DNA of 63,889 nucleotides, the filler included, from Octopus bimaculoides (Eukaryota), in assembly GCF_001194135.2 (NCBI RefSeq). It is 10 parts of 9 records of this genome, joined end to end, with 100 filler letters (N's around TTAATTAATTAA, not from the genome) between each part and the next. Parts side by side here need not be neighbours in the genome. Positions count along the whole stretch, not along the records: positions 8,712 to 14,857 come from NW_026296173.1; positions 14,958 to 18,809 come from NC_068991.1; positions 18,910 to 22,167 come from NC_068998.1; positions 22,268 to 40,686 come from NC_068982.1; 6 more parts are not named here. One strand, 5' to 3'. Of the stretch, positions 11,324-22,342 are shown piece after piece. The position numbers were made by a program, and so were the translations under genes. The notes beneath the pieces are model-generated. The model was not told where the DNA came from. It saw only the letters and a program-made list of their open reading frames with translations, and searched no databases. Within the stretch, counting starts at the first letter, position 1; every line of letters starts with the position of its first letter.

Positions 11324-12830
11324 TTACGGTTGTGAGAGGGAGCATGACAGTTTGTGTCTGCCTGCTTCCTCCGCACTCCCCTTAGCTGCTGGGCTTTTCA
11401 CCGGCGTTGCCACCGGCTTCTGGGTTGGTGTGGCTGCCGGGCTAATGACCAGCTTTCCAGATATCACTTCCTGGGTGACATCTTTAATCAAATCTTCCTT
11501 CACTACTTCTTGGAGCAGTTTTTCCTTCCACTCCTGTTCGCCAATTTTCGCGTACCTCACTTCGCTGTCATTCACTTTAAATGTTTTAATTCGGTGGTAC
11601 GCCTTTATGAGGCAAACCACCTTCTCATTTTTTGCATTGAAAGTGACTATTTTGTTTGTGTGTTTGATTCCTTTTAACGTTGGTGGGTGAGGGATGGCAA
11701 AATGTTGTCCTATCAACATAGTGCCAGCGGGGTAGGGTTGGGGAGTTGTTTTTTTTTGTTCGTCAGCATTATTAATTTTTTTCTTTGTTTGTGGTGGGGA
11801 GTCCGGGGAATTAGATTTTTTCCTTTTGTGTGTGATAGTCGTGAAATCCATTTCATTTTCTTTTGTTTGGTTTTTTTCCTCTTTTTCGTTTTTATTTTGT
11901 CTTTCATTCCTTTTTATTTTTTCCTCCTTTTGGTTTTCGATTTGTTTCTTTTTTCCCCCGTTCTCTTTGCTTGTTGCTGTGTTGTCTGTCTCGTTGCTGT
12001 CTGTGTTTATCACAGCGTTTTGGTGGGGGCATTAGCCATTTTGTTTTTCTTCGTGCATACGGAGCGGACGTGACCCTTCTGCCCGCATTTAAAGCATCTT
12101 GGCCTACGTCCCTCCACCGATACACGAATAGTATGCCCCTCCCCCACGAAGACTCTGTCTGGTAAATTTCCTAGGGTCAAATTGTCGGCTTGAATGACCA
12201 ACTCAAGACTCTGACCTTTCTAATGCGTCACCTCCTTCTGTCTCATGCTTAATATCAATAGCTTTCCCTCCACGTCATAAATTACAGCAGTCGCTACCCA
12301 CATAACATCATATCCCTCGGGGATATCTTCTACAGTAACTTTTGCCGTTCTGCTGCCTAAGTATGTAGGCAGCAGCATTATTGTTTCGTTCCTCAATGTC
12401 TGAGTCGACACATCCTTTGCCACGTCTTCCGACTCGAAGTGGGCTTCAATTGTTGCACTTCTCACTCCTCGGTTGACGTGTCGAATCTTACTCCATATTG
12501 GCACCAAGCACCGTTCTACGATTTCATTTTTTACGTCCATTATTTTTTTTGTTTCAAGTTATACACTTTGTACACAACGATTTTTTTCCTTATGGCTTCT
12601 ATAGTTTCAGGTGGCGGTACCAATTTTATTACTTCGCCAGTTTTTTCTATCAAATTCCTGAACTGTAAAAGTTTCTCCATTGAAACTTTAAGTTCAATGA
12701 CATTACCGCCTATGGCGTCCGAAAAGCTTTGTTTCGCCTGGTTGACCTTTGTTGAGACATCTTTTTTCCTTCTCCCATCTCGGGAAAATCCATTTTTGAA
12801 GTTAATTTAAAAGACATACTTGTCGCAAAT
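11324..12830 (-). pseudogene. Tx1 ORF1 (gag-like, zinc knuckle)
   Basis: CFKCGQKGHVRSVC (CX2CX4HX4C) near 12055-12100 and a Lys/Glu-rich linker; broken by stops and frameshifts; start approximate. Confidence 0.8.
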
Positions 12831-13289
12831 GACAAGAAAAATAATTTTTTAAAAGACTAACCTAAAAAGGTTAACAACAAACAGAGATTTTCTGCCCTGG
12901 AGGGCAAAAATAACTGAAAAACAGTTCACAATAAGCAGAAATTTTCTGCCCCGTAGGGCGAAAATAACTGTATAACAGTTCACCTCAAAACAATTCAAAT
13001 AAATTTTCCCACAAAAATATTAACCAATTCGTAACCAAAAAGCGAACTCACATTAACAAGGGTTGCAACAATAATGACGAAAGATATTTCTTTGCAAATA
13101 TATATAGCTTTTTCCAGTGAAATTATTCACTGATCTCGAAAAAGTGAAAACAAGCAATGTTAAATCTCTGAACGAGGTATTAACAGTAACTGCACAACAA
13201 AGTGAAGTATATTTGCCACTTAAATGTGGCTGACCCCTAAGGGTGGATGTTACTGTTGCTTTTAACCTCAGGAGAACATCTCCTCCAGG

Positions 13290-14857
13290 TGGTACTGGCA
13301 ATGGCCACACTCAAAATGGTGTTTTTTACGTGCCACCTGCAGAGGAGCCAGTCAGCGGCACTGGCAACGATCTTGCTCGAATGTTTTTTTTATGTGCCAG
13401 TTAGGTGAAGCTGGTAACGATCACGCTCAAATGGTGCTATTTACATGCCTCCGGCATGGAAGCCAGACAGTTGCTCTGGCAATGATCACGCTCAGACGGT
13501 GCTGTTAGCACTCCACTGGCACAGGTGCCAGTCATCGAATTTGGTTCAATTACAATTTCGATTTCACTTGCCCCAAAATATCTTCGCAAGCAGAATTTAG
13601 TATCCAATGAAGGAAATGTTGGCATGGGTGCCAGTCATGGAATTTGGTTTGATTTCGATTTCACTTGCCTCAACAGGTCTTCGCTAGCAGAGTTTAGTGT
13701 CCAATGAAGGAAAGGTTGGCATAAGTGGGCTGACTACACCCTTGGCAAAGGCCACAAAATATGGTCTCACTTGGCTTGCCAGGTCTTCTCACGCACAACA
13801 TATTTCCAAAGGTCTTCGTCACTAGTCATTGCCTCGGTGAGGCTTAATGTTCGAAGGTCATGCTTCACCACCTCATCCCAGGTCTTCCTGGATCAACTTC
13901 TTCCACAGGCTCCCTCAACCACAAGGGTGTGGCACTTTTTCACACAGCTATCCTCATCCATTCTCGCCACATGACCATACCAGTGCAATCGTCTCTCTTG
14001 CACACCACAACTGATGCTTCTTAGGTTCAACTTTTCTCTCAAGGTACTTACACTCTGTCGAGTATGCACACTGACATTACACACCCCTTGGAGCATACTG
14101 GCTTCATTTCTTGCGAGCTTACGCATGTCCTCAGCAGTCACGGCCCATGTTTCACTGCCATGTAGCATGGCTGTTCATACACATGCGTCATACAGTCTAC
14201 CTTTTACTCTGAGCGAGAGGCCCTATGTTATCAGCTGAGGTAAGAACTCTCTGAACTTTGCCCAGGCTATTCTTATTCTAGCAGCTACACTTTCAGCGCA
14301 CCCTCCCCAGCTACTGACTTGGTCACCTAGGTAGCGGAAGCTATCAACTACTTCTAATTTTTCTCCCTAGAATGTGGCAGAAGTTGTTTTCTGCACATTT
14401 TCAGTGTTTATTGCTCCCGAAGATCTGCTACATACAAAAACTATCTTCCTCGTTAGCCTTCCTTTGATATTGCTGCACCTCTTATGTGTCCATAGCTTAC
14501 ACTGGGTACATCTTATGGAGTTTCTACCTACGCCTTTTCTACAGATCGAGCAGGGCCATCTACTTGAAGGGGTTTGTGGTTTGTCTACCTTCCTACTTAT
14601 TAGGACTTTGGTTTTAGCTAGGTTGACTCTAAGCCCTTCGATTCTAATCCTTGCTTCCACACCTGAAACTTTTCCTCTAGTTCTGATAGTGACTCAGCAA
14701 TTAGCGCAAGGTCATCAGCATAGAGGAGCTCCAAGGGGCATCCTGTCTTGAATACCTCTGTTATTGCCTGGAGGACTATGATAAATAGTGGGTGGAGGCT
14801 CAAGACTGAACCTTGGTGAGGGTTGGAAATGAGTACAGCAATGAATTCCGGGTAGAG
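13290..14857 (-). mobile_element. RTE-clade LINE: RT C-terminal half plus 3'UTR, with short 5' inversion
   Basis: HQGSVL, LLYADDL, RVNLAKTKV, FRYLGD, MLHGSETW, RLHWYGHV and RKTWDEVV motifs; TGA at 13767-13769; frameshifts present. Confidence 0.92.
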
Positions 14858-14957
14858 NNNNNNNNNNNNNNNNNNNNNNNNNNNNNNNNNNNNNNNNNNN
14901 NTTAATTAATTAANNNNNNNNNNNNNNNNNNNNNNNNNNNNNNNNNNNNNNNNNNNN

Positions 14958-15178
14958 TGTGTGTGTATATGTTTGTGTGTCTGTGTTTGTCTCCCCAACA
15001 TCGCTTGACAACCGATGGTGCTGTGTTTACGTCCCAGTAACCTAGCGGTTCGGCAAAAGAGACCGATAGAATAAGTACTGGACATCCAAAGAATAAGTCC
15101 TGGGGTCGATTTTCTCGACTAAAGGCGGTGCTCCAGCATGGCCGCAGTCAAATGACTGAAACAAGTAAAAGAGAGTAT
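14958..15178 (+). mobile_element. SINE 3' module following a (TG)n tract
   Basis: TGTGTTTGTC...CGGCAAAAGAGACCGATAGAATAAGTAC...GGCGGTGCTCCAGCATGGCCGCAGTCAAATGACTGAAACAAG; recurs near 25140, 32030, 51870, 52365, 53265 and 53470. Confidence 0.75.
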
Positions 15179-15676
15179 ACATTTTCTGTGCCATGGATTA
15201 CTCAATAATCATTCTCTCTGATCATGGATTTATCTAAGGAATACCCGTTCTAACTGGATTTAATTGGATTCCTTCCAATCTAGACATAACGAACTACAAC
15301 AGCTATCATTGATGAGGAGGTTTGTTTCATTGTTACATAAGTTTAACCTATCTCTCTCCAATAACGGAATACTCAGCATATAAAATCTTCGCTTCACACT
15401 GTGCTTCAATCGCTGGGATATCCTAGAAGCAGCTGTCAGAGACTGTCTAAACCTTAGATTATATATGTACATGTCTGCGTATGGGCGTTTGCAAATGTGA
15501 ACGCGAACTGAAGTCTGTTTATATATCCATGCATATATGTAGGTGTGTTTTTATGTATCCATGTACATATATATGTATCATGTAGGTATAAGTGCGTGTG
15601 TGCGTGCTCATATATATATATGTGAGTGTGCGGGCGTATGTATTATGCGTGTATATATATATTGTATGTATTTGAA

Positions 15677-15885
15677 GGGTCGTGGCCTAGTGGTTAGGGT
15701 ATTACACTCACGATCGTAAGATTGTAGTATCGACTCCAGGACAGAGTGGTGCATTCTGTTCTTGACCAAAACACTGCATTTCACGATGCACCAGTTCATT
15801 GAGCTGTAAACGAATAAACCTGCGACGGACTGGTGTCCCGTTCACAGGGATTGTTGTGCTCTCGGTCACTTATGCGTCATGAGAA
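15677..15885 (+). mobile_element. tRNA-derived SINE (V-domain-like body)
   Basis: A box TGGCCTAGTGG, degenerate B box TATCGACTCC, CCTGCGACGGACTGGTGTCCCG segment. Confidence 0.6.
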
Positions 15886-15952
15886 CACTTGGTAACCTAT
15901 AAATCCTAGAAGTCGAGATAGTACATATACGTATGTATATCTATCAATATAT

Positions 15953-16003
<51 letters not shown>

Positions 16004-16028
16004 GACACACACACATACACACACGCGC

Positions 16029-16088
<60 letters not shown>

Positions 16089-16329
16089 GTATTTAATAGC
16101 ATGGTGCTGTAAGAAGTTTGCGTGGAGCCGGGAAAATGTTTTTCGAGAACTGAAAATTTATTGTGTCATTTGTAAATATAAAGACTAGCATATCCAGAAT
16201 TACACATGTATACGAATATATAATATATATACACACACACACGTGCATGACATTTACATATGTCACTCCAGCCACTATGAAGGCGAGACGAACTGTTAGC
16301 GTTCTACATCAGATTCGCGTTTGGCCGTA

Positions 16330-16560
16330 CGGCTTTTTAATGTTGTTTTCACTGTCCAACTTTTCCTGTCTTGGTTTGTGTTTGCCACCTTGGAATCCTC
16401 TGTTTTGTGGGTCGATCCACTACTCAGGAAGAGACTATTCTAGAGTACGCTCTGCCTTATCTTCGAAACGTCTAGTTAGGATAGAGGCAGCTGACGAAGG
16501 ATTAATTCCAAGTGGCTATCTGTTTTCCTATGTGTTCGTTCCGTTGTCTGTAGTTCATTG
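16330..16560 (+). repeat. Penelope-LTR-like repeat with two degenerate hammerhead-like motifs
   Basis: ACTA-CTCAGGA...TCTTC-GAAACGTC-TAGT followed by CTGACGA-A-GGA..TCC. Confidence 0.4.
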
Positions 16561-17005
16561 TTCTAACGTCCTGTACCCTGATATGCATCTATATACACAT
16601 GTAGATGTAAGTATGTACATATATGTGTGTATATATGNNNNNNNNNNNNNNNNNNNNNNNNNNNNNNNNNNNNNNNNNNNNNNNNNNNNNNNNNNNNNNN
16701 NNNNNNNNNNNNNNNNNNNNNNNNNNNNNNNNNNNNNNNNNNNNNNNNNNNNNNNNNNNNNNNNNNNNNNNNNNNNNNNNNNNNNNNNNNNNNNNNNNNN
16801 NNNNNNNNNNNNNNNNNNNNNNNNNNNNNNNNNNNNNNNNNNNNNNNNNNNNNNNNNNNNNNNNNNNNNNNNNNNNNNNNNNNNNNNNNNNNNNNNNNNN
16901 NNNNNNNNNNNNNNNNNNNNNNNNNNNNNNNNNNNNNNNNNNNNNNNNNNNNNNNNNNNNNNNNNNNNNNNNNNNNNNNNNNNNNNNNNNNNNNNNNNNN
17001 NNNNN

Positions 17006-17101
<96 letters not shown>

Positions 17102-17472
17102 CTGCGATGCAGTGGATATTTGAATACTTATAGACACACGCCATTGTCACGGAATAAGTGATGTTAATGGATGTGAATATAACAGTAACTAAAATTACTC
17201 TATCGCGATCATTACTTTTGTTTTTACTTGCAACTATAGCTCAAATTATTTGGTGAACAATTTCGTCTAACGTATAAATAGGACCACTATCGTCAACGTC
17301 ACAGTCTAGATCTTTGTTATTAACAGCACTACGTCGCCATCGGAAATAACCACCCTGTTACCAAAATTACGTACGCCAGAAACACCGGTCTCCCAATCAC
17401 TTTCTGTATCACCTCTAACACTTCTGAATCACTACGACGACGACGACTACCACCACCACCACCACCACTACC

Positions 17473-17517
<45 letters not shown>

Positions 17518-17582
17518 AGCACTACTAGTATCAACATGAGTACACAACTACAAGCAAGACAACCAATATCAGATCTATATTG

Positions 17583-17796
17583 GTTTTAAATTTTGGCAAA
17601 AGGCCAGCGATATCAGGGGATGGGGTAAGTCGATTACATCGACGCCAGTGCTCAACTGGAAGTTATTCTGTCGACATCGAAACGGATGAAAGACGAAGTC
17701 GATCTCGGCGGAATTTGAACTCAGAACATAAAGACAGACGAAATGCCGCAAAGCATTTTCCCCCGGCGCAGTAACGATTCTTCTAGCTGGTCGCCT
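17583..17796 (-). mobile_element. MetaSINE-like tRNA SINE
   Basis: Reverse complement of GGCGA-CTGGCAGAATCG...GTTCAAATTCCGCCGAGGTCGACTTTGCCTTTCATCC family; a plus-strand body fragment follows at ~17830-17945. Confidence 0.7.
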
Positions 17797-17949
17797 TACA
17801 CCAAACCTATATTAACATTACTGGTCGACTTTGCCTTTCATCATTTCGGAGTCCGTACCAGTCACATACTTGGGTTGATGCCATCGACTTAGCCCTCTCC
17901 TCAACAACTGCTGGTCCTCTGCCAAAATTTGAAAACCATTATTAACCCC

Positions 17950-18620
17950 TCTGCACCATTATTAGCAACATCATCGACATCAGTCTCACTATCATCAATA
18001 CTACGACACCACCATAACCGCAGAACACCGTCATCAACGCCACTATCACCAATACCACAATCACCATTACTACTATCACCAATACTACGTTACTAACATA
18101 ATCACAAAACACCACCACAAATACCACTATCACTAACAACACTATCACCAATACTACTATCACCAATACCACGTTACTACCATAACCACAGAACACCTCC
18201 TGCCAATATCACTATACCAATACCATTACACCACAAAGAACACTACAACCAATACCACTGTACAAACAACTCTATCACTCGACCAAAACCACTGCACCAC
18301 CATCAGCACCACTCCACTACCACCAATACCACTTGTCTGTCAACAGTAATGGTATTTCTAATACCACTAAATCGTCAATATCACTGCACCACCGTGAATA
18401 CCACTACACCATCAACACCACCGCACCACTACCACTCAAATAAAAACACTACCATGGACACCACAACGCGAATAACACCACTGCTTCATTAAAATCGATA
18501 CCACTACGTAAACTAGCACCAATACCACTACTTAAACTACCTCCAATACCACGCTACTGTTATTAATATCCCTGACCAGAGTCCCGCTTCACCCACCCCT
18601 TCTCTACAACAAACACCACC
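17950..18620. repeat. Degenerate AATACCACTATCACC-type low-complexity repeat with ~84-bp superperiod
   Basis: Recurrent AATAC(T/C)ACG..AC(C/A)ATAA(C/T)CAC at ~17998, 18081 and 18165. Confidence 0.7.
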
Positions 18621-18909
18621 TCATTCACAATAGTGTAAACTACTGCAGTAGCAATGACTGCATCGGCTAAACTACTGCAGCGACTAAAGAAGCAACTGGT
18701 ATAACCAGTGCAGTAGTCTGTCGGTGTATAAGTGTCGTGGTTGTGGATGATGGTGGATGATGGTGGATGCGGTGGTGGTGGTGGATGCGGCGGTGGTGGT
18801 GGCGGGAGCNNNNNNNNNNNNNNNNNNNNNNNNNNNNNNNNNNNNNNNNNNNNTTAATTAATTAANNNNNNNNNNNNNNNNNNNNNNNNNNNNNNNNNNN
18901 NNNNNNNNN

Positions 18910-19495
18910 TTGTATATCTCGCCTCTTGAAGGGCTTTATTGTAATAAGGTGCATGTTTTTCAAAGATCCCTATATTCGAAGATAGTAAAGATATTCTCTT
19001 ACCTATAGTAAATGTTAATGATTTTTTAATTGAGGGTGGGTGATTACTTTTAGCATGAATGTATTTAATATTTTCATTAATCTTATGGTAAGGTTGGGTA
19101 TTACCAGTAGATAAGTTAAAAAAATAATTAACGTTATAGTACTCATTATAAATAGTAATCTTTAAACCATTTCTTTTTAAAAAACTATATATTCTCTTCT
19201 TATATAATTCTAGTTTTCTATTAGTGCAATTTTTAGTAAGTAATAAAAGGTCATCCCTATATAAACCACCCTCCAATTTTAAGTTTTCAATAAATATATA
19301 CCTACTAAATCAGTTACCTGTGCTGAATCAAGCGCCCCTATTGGTATATCGAAATAATCTCTAGTATCTTTCCTAGCCCACAATTTATTATCATATTTAA
19401 TCAATGATTTCCTAGCCGTTTTAACTACATTTACTTCATCATAAGTCATACCTACCTTTTTTATAGCAAAAATTAGGGCCTTATTTAATAATCAT
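18910..19495 (-). mobile_element. Penelope-like element RT fragment (Naiad-type)
   Basis: FDIPIGALDSAQVTDLVGIYLL, GLYRDD, SNHPPSI and APYYNKAL motifs; frameshifted. Confidence 0.85.
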
Positions 19496-19926
19496 CATCA
19501 TTGTTTGCCCATGCTGGCATGGATGGGATGGTTTGATAGAAGCCGAACAATCAGAAGCTTGCACCAGACTTCTGCAACTGTTTTGGCAGGCTTTTTACAG
19601 CTGGATGTCCTTCCTAACACCATCCACTTACCAGAGTGGACTTAGTGCTTTTTATGTGGCACAAGCACAGGTAAGGTCAGTGTTGGCAAAATCTTTTTGC
19701 AGATGGATGCCCTTCCAAACGTCAACCACTTTAAAGTGTGGACTGGATGCTTTTTAAGTGGCACCTGCACTGACAGGATCACCAAGTAACTGGCAAGACA
19801 AAGGTCTTTTAAGAGAGGAGGGGACATTGGAGGAGGTGATCTTGTGTCAGATGATGAAAGGTTATAGTGAGACAGAGAGGTAGAAACAGGAGTCTTGCTG
19901 TTGAGGAAGTACAAGGTTACCCAGCC

Positions 19927-20008
<82 letters not shown>

Positions 20009-20760
20009 CAGGAACGAGGACAGAAACAGGTATACTGCTGCAAAGGAAATACATGGTTACCCATAGCAATGATACAGAGGAACAGGGCCGTAAGGACAGA
20101 ATTGGGGAGTGAGAGGTAGGCATAGTGAATGAAAGAGGAAATGTGATGAAGAGAAGAGATGTAGAGATGTAGATTGGTTTGTTGGAGTAGGGTGTGTGAA
20201 AAGTTTTCTTGTTACTTATGGGTGGAACACACAGGTCAGGGGCTAGCAGAGAGCAATGATATAGTGGGGCAGGGACAAGAAGACAGGATTGGGGAGTAGA
20301 AGGTAAGCATAGTGCATGAAGTGGGAATGCGAGGAAGAGAAGAGATGCAGAGATGTAGTTTGGCTTGTTGTGATAGAGTGTGTAAGAAGTTTTCTTGTTA
20401 AGTGTGGGTGGGACACCCAGCACATCTAGATCTCAGTTTCGATGACTTGGGCGGGTCTTCTCAAGGACCTCATATCGCCAGACATCTCGGTCTATTGTCA
20501 TTTCCTCTGTGAGGCCCAACATCCTTAGATCGGTCCTTAGCATTTCATCCCACGTCTCCTTGGGTTTCCTTTTCTGTGGGTACCATCCATTTTCAGTGAT
20601 CGGCACTTCTTTATGCAGCTGTCCTCATTCATAGGCATCACATGTCCAAACTAAAATAGTCTTGTCTCTTGCATGCTGCATTTGATTCCTCTTATGCCCA
20701 GCTTTTCTCTCAATACGTTTGCACTTGTCGTACATGCGCACTGATGTGGTACCCAATGAT
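19495..20760 (-). mobile_element. RTE-LINE 3' part (second subfamily) with internal (AG)n and ~185-bp duplication
   Basis: LREKLGIRGI, FGHV, DEMLRTDL and DVWRYEV motifs at 20430-20740; UTR ends in a GATGATG-type tail at ~19495. Confidence 0.8.
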
Positions 20761-20769
20761 AAGGTGTTT

Positions 20770-21420
20770 ACCTGAATAGCAGGAGTGAGGTGTTTAATCC
20801 TTGCCCACTTGATAAGAAGTACATTCTATCGTATCTGCGCGCCCCACCATGACTGCAACCTCAGGTCCCCTGCCTCGACCTTCCGTAAACGACCTTCCAC
20901 CAATGCCCTTGAGCTCAGCAAAAGAAGTTTGACCAAAGTACACACCAATGTACCCATATACACACAAGCACACCCCTATAAGGCAGATACTCCGCAAATA
21001 ACTATGCCCTCAACACATACCCCCTCACACAAATTGTGCCCCACATATACACCGACCCCACACACACATTACACACCGCACGCTAATATAAACCCCCACC
21101 CACGACTTTAATCATTTACAGAAAAAAAACAGACCAACGAACATAACTATATATACTTACACTCCTGGAAAAAATTATACATATGACACCGCTACACATA
21201 CCACATACCCCATATCACATACTCCGTATCACACACCCCATCCATACAGTGTGTATTATTAAACACACTTTCCCCACTTCAAGATAACCCTTGCCAGCTT
21301 CACGGCATCCTCAACCAAGAGATATAACTCCTGACCCAATCCCCTGAACCCTTTTACGCTTCACTACTTTTTTCACAGCAGCTGTTGACCGGTTGTGCTA
21401 ATCTACTTCTAACAATAGAG
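20770..21420 (+). mobile_element. Highly degenerate non-LTR retrotransposon 3' fragment (tentative)
   Basis: C/A-rich, broken frames, weak resemblance to LINE C-terminal motifs (TLAQL-like); abuts the hammerhead repeat. Confidence 0.35.
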
Positions 21421-21429
21421 AGTAGTCGC

Positions 21430-21620
21430 AAGATTCCCTTCCATATTGGCTATCTCTGATAAGCGTAAAATTATATAATCGGATTGTTACCTAACACTCC
21501 ATTGTATTCTTTACACAAAGCCGATTGGTAAGATCAGGCATGATGGATATTTAACAGTATAAAATTTGGATAGTATATCCACGCTACTGAGAGATATACG
21601 AGTGAGTCTCTTAAATGACT
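21430..21620 (+). mobile_element. Second copy of the hammerhead-bearing repeat
   Basis: Aligns to 7800-7990; ATCT-CTGATAA-GCGTAAA...TTTACAC-AAAG-CCGATTGG-TA-AGAT. Confidence 0.75.
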
Positions 21621-21724
21621 CATGCACGTATATATATATNNNNNNNNNNNNNNNNNNNNNNNNNNNNNNNNNNNNNNNNNNNNNNNNNNNNNNNNNNNNN
21701 CCGATCTTATATACATATATACAC

Positions 21725-21935
21725 ACAATCCAAACATGAACAAGCAAGAAAAAACAAGGAAAAAACACAATGCGAGGACGTGGAATAAGTAGAGTGTTAT
21801 TGGACGCTCAGGAAAGGAAAGAGAAGAAAGAGGATTTCACGCTTCGAGCGGAGCTCTTCATTGGAAATATAAGAAAAGTCCAAAGAAGAGAAGACAGAGA
21901 AAGAAAATTGCCAACGATGCACACGCGGTCACATA
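21725..21935 (-). repeat. Penelope-LTR-like repeat with degenerate hammerhead motif
   Basis: Minus strand reads CCAATGA-A-GAG-CTCCG-CTC-GAAGCGTG at 21834-21868. Confidence 0.45.
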
Positions 21936-21939
21936 CACA

Positions 21940-21988
<49 letters not shown>

Positions 21989-22267
21989 TTATGTATGTAT
22001 GTATGTATGTATGTATGTATATACACTTTATATATATACATATCTATACTTTCTACCAAAACTGTCAGACGAAGGAAACGTGAAACTCTGAGTAATAGTT
22101 TTTGTGATGTTTTGTGATGTCTTTGCATCTTTTTTTTATTTATACTTTGCTATATATATATATATATNNNNNNNNNNNNNNNNNNNNNNNNNNNNNNNNN
22201 NNNNNNNNNNNTTAATTAATTAANNNNNNNNNNNNNNNNNNNNNNNNNNNNNNNNNNNNNNNNNNNN

Positions 22268-22342
<75 letters not shown>

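Larger units (their letters stand above)
8712..13050 (-). mobile_element. Tx1/L1-clade non-LTR retrotransposon, near full length, inactive; 3' end lost in gap
   Basis: gag-like ORF1 with CCHC knuckle, ORF2 with APE endonuclease, GPGYWKMN linker typical of Tx1, and RT motifs. Confidence 0.92.

Noticed and set aside
17327-17520. Ser/Thr/Pro stretch followed by poly-His/Gln reading
   Set aside because: Driven by (GAC)(CAC)(CAA) microsatellites; closed by stops, no supporting exons
17950-18620. Mucin-like (NTTIT)n reading
   Set aside because: Repeated in-frame stops and frame changes; non-coding low-complexity repeat
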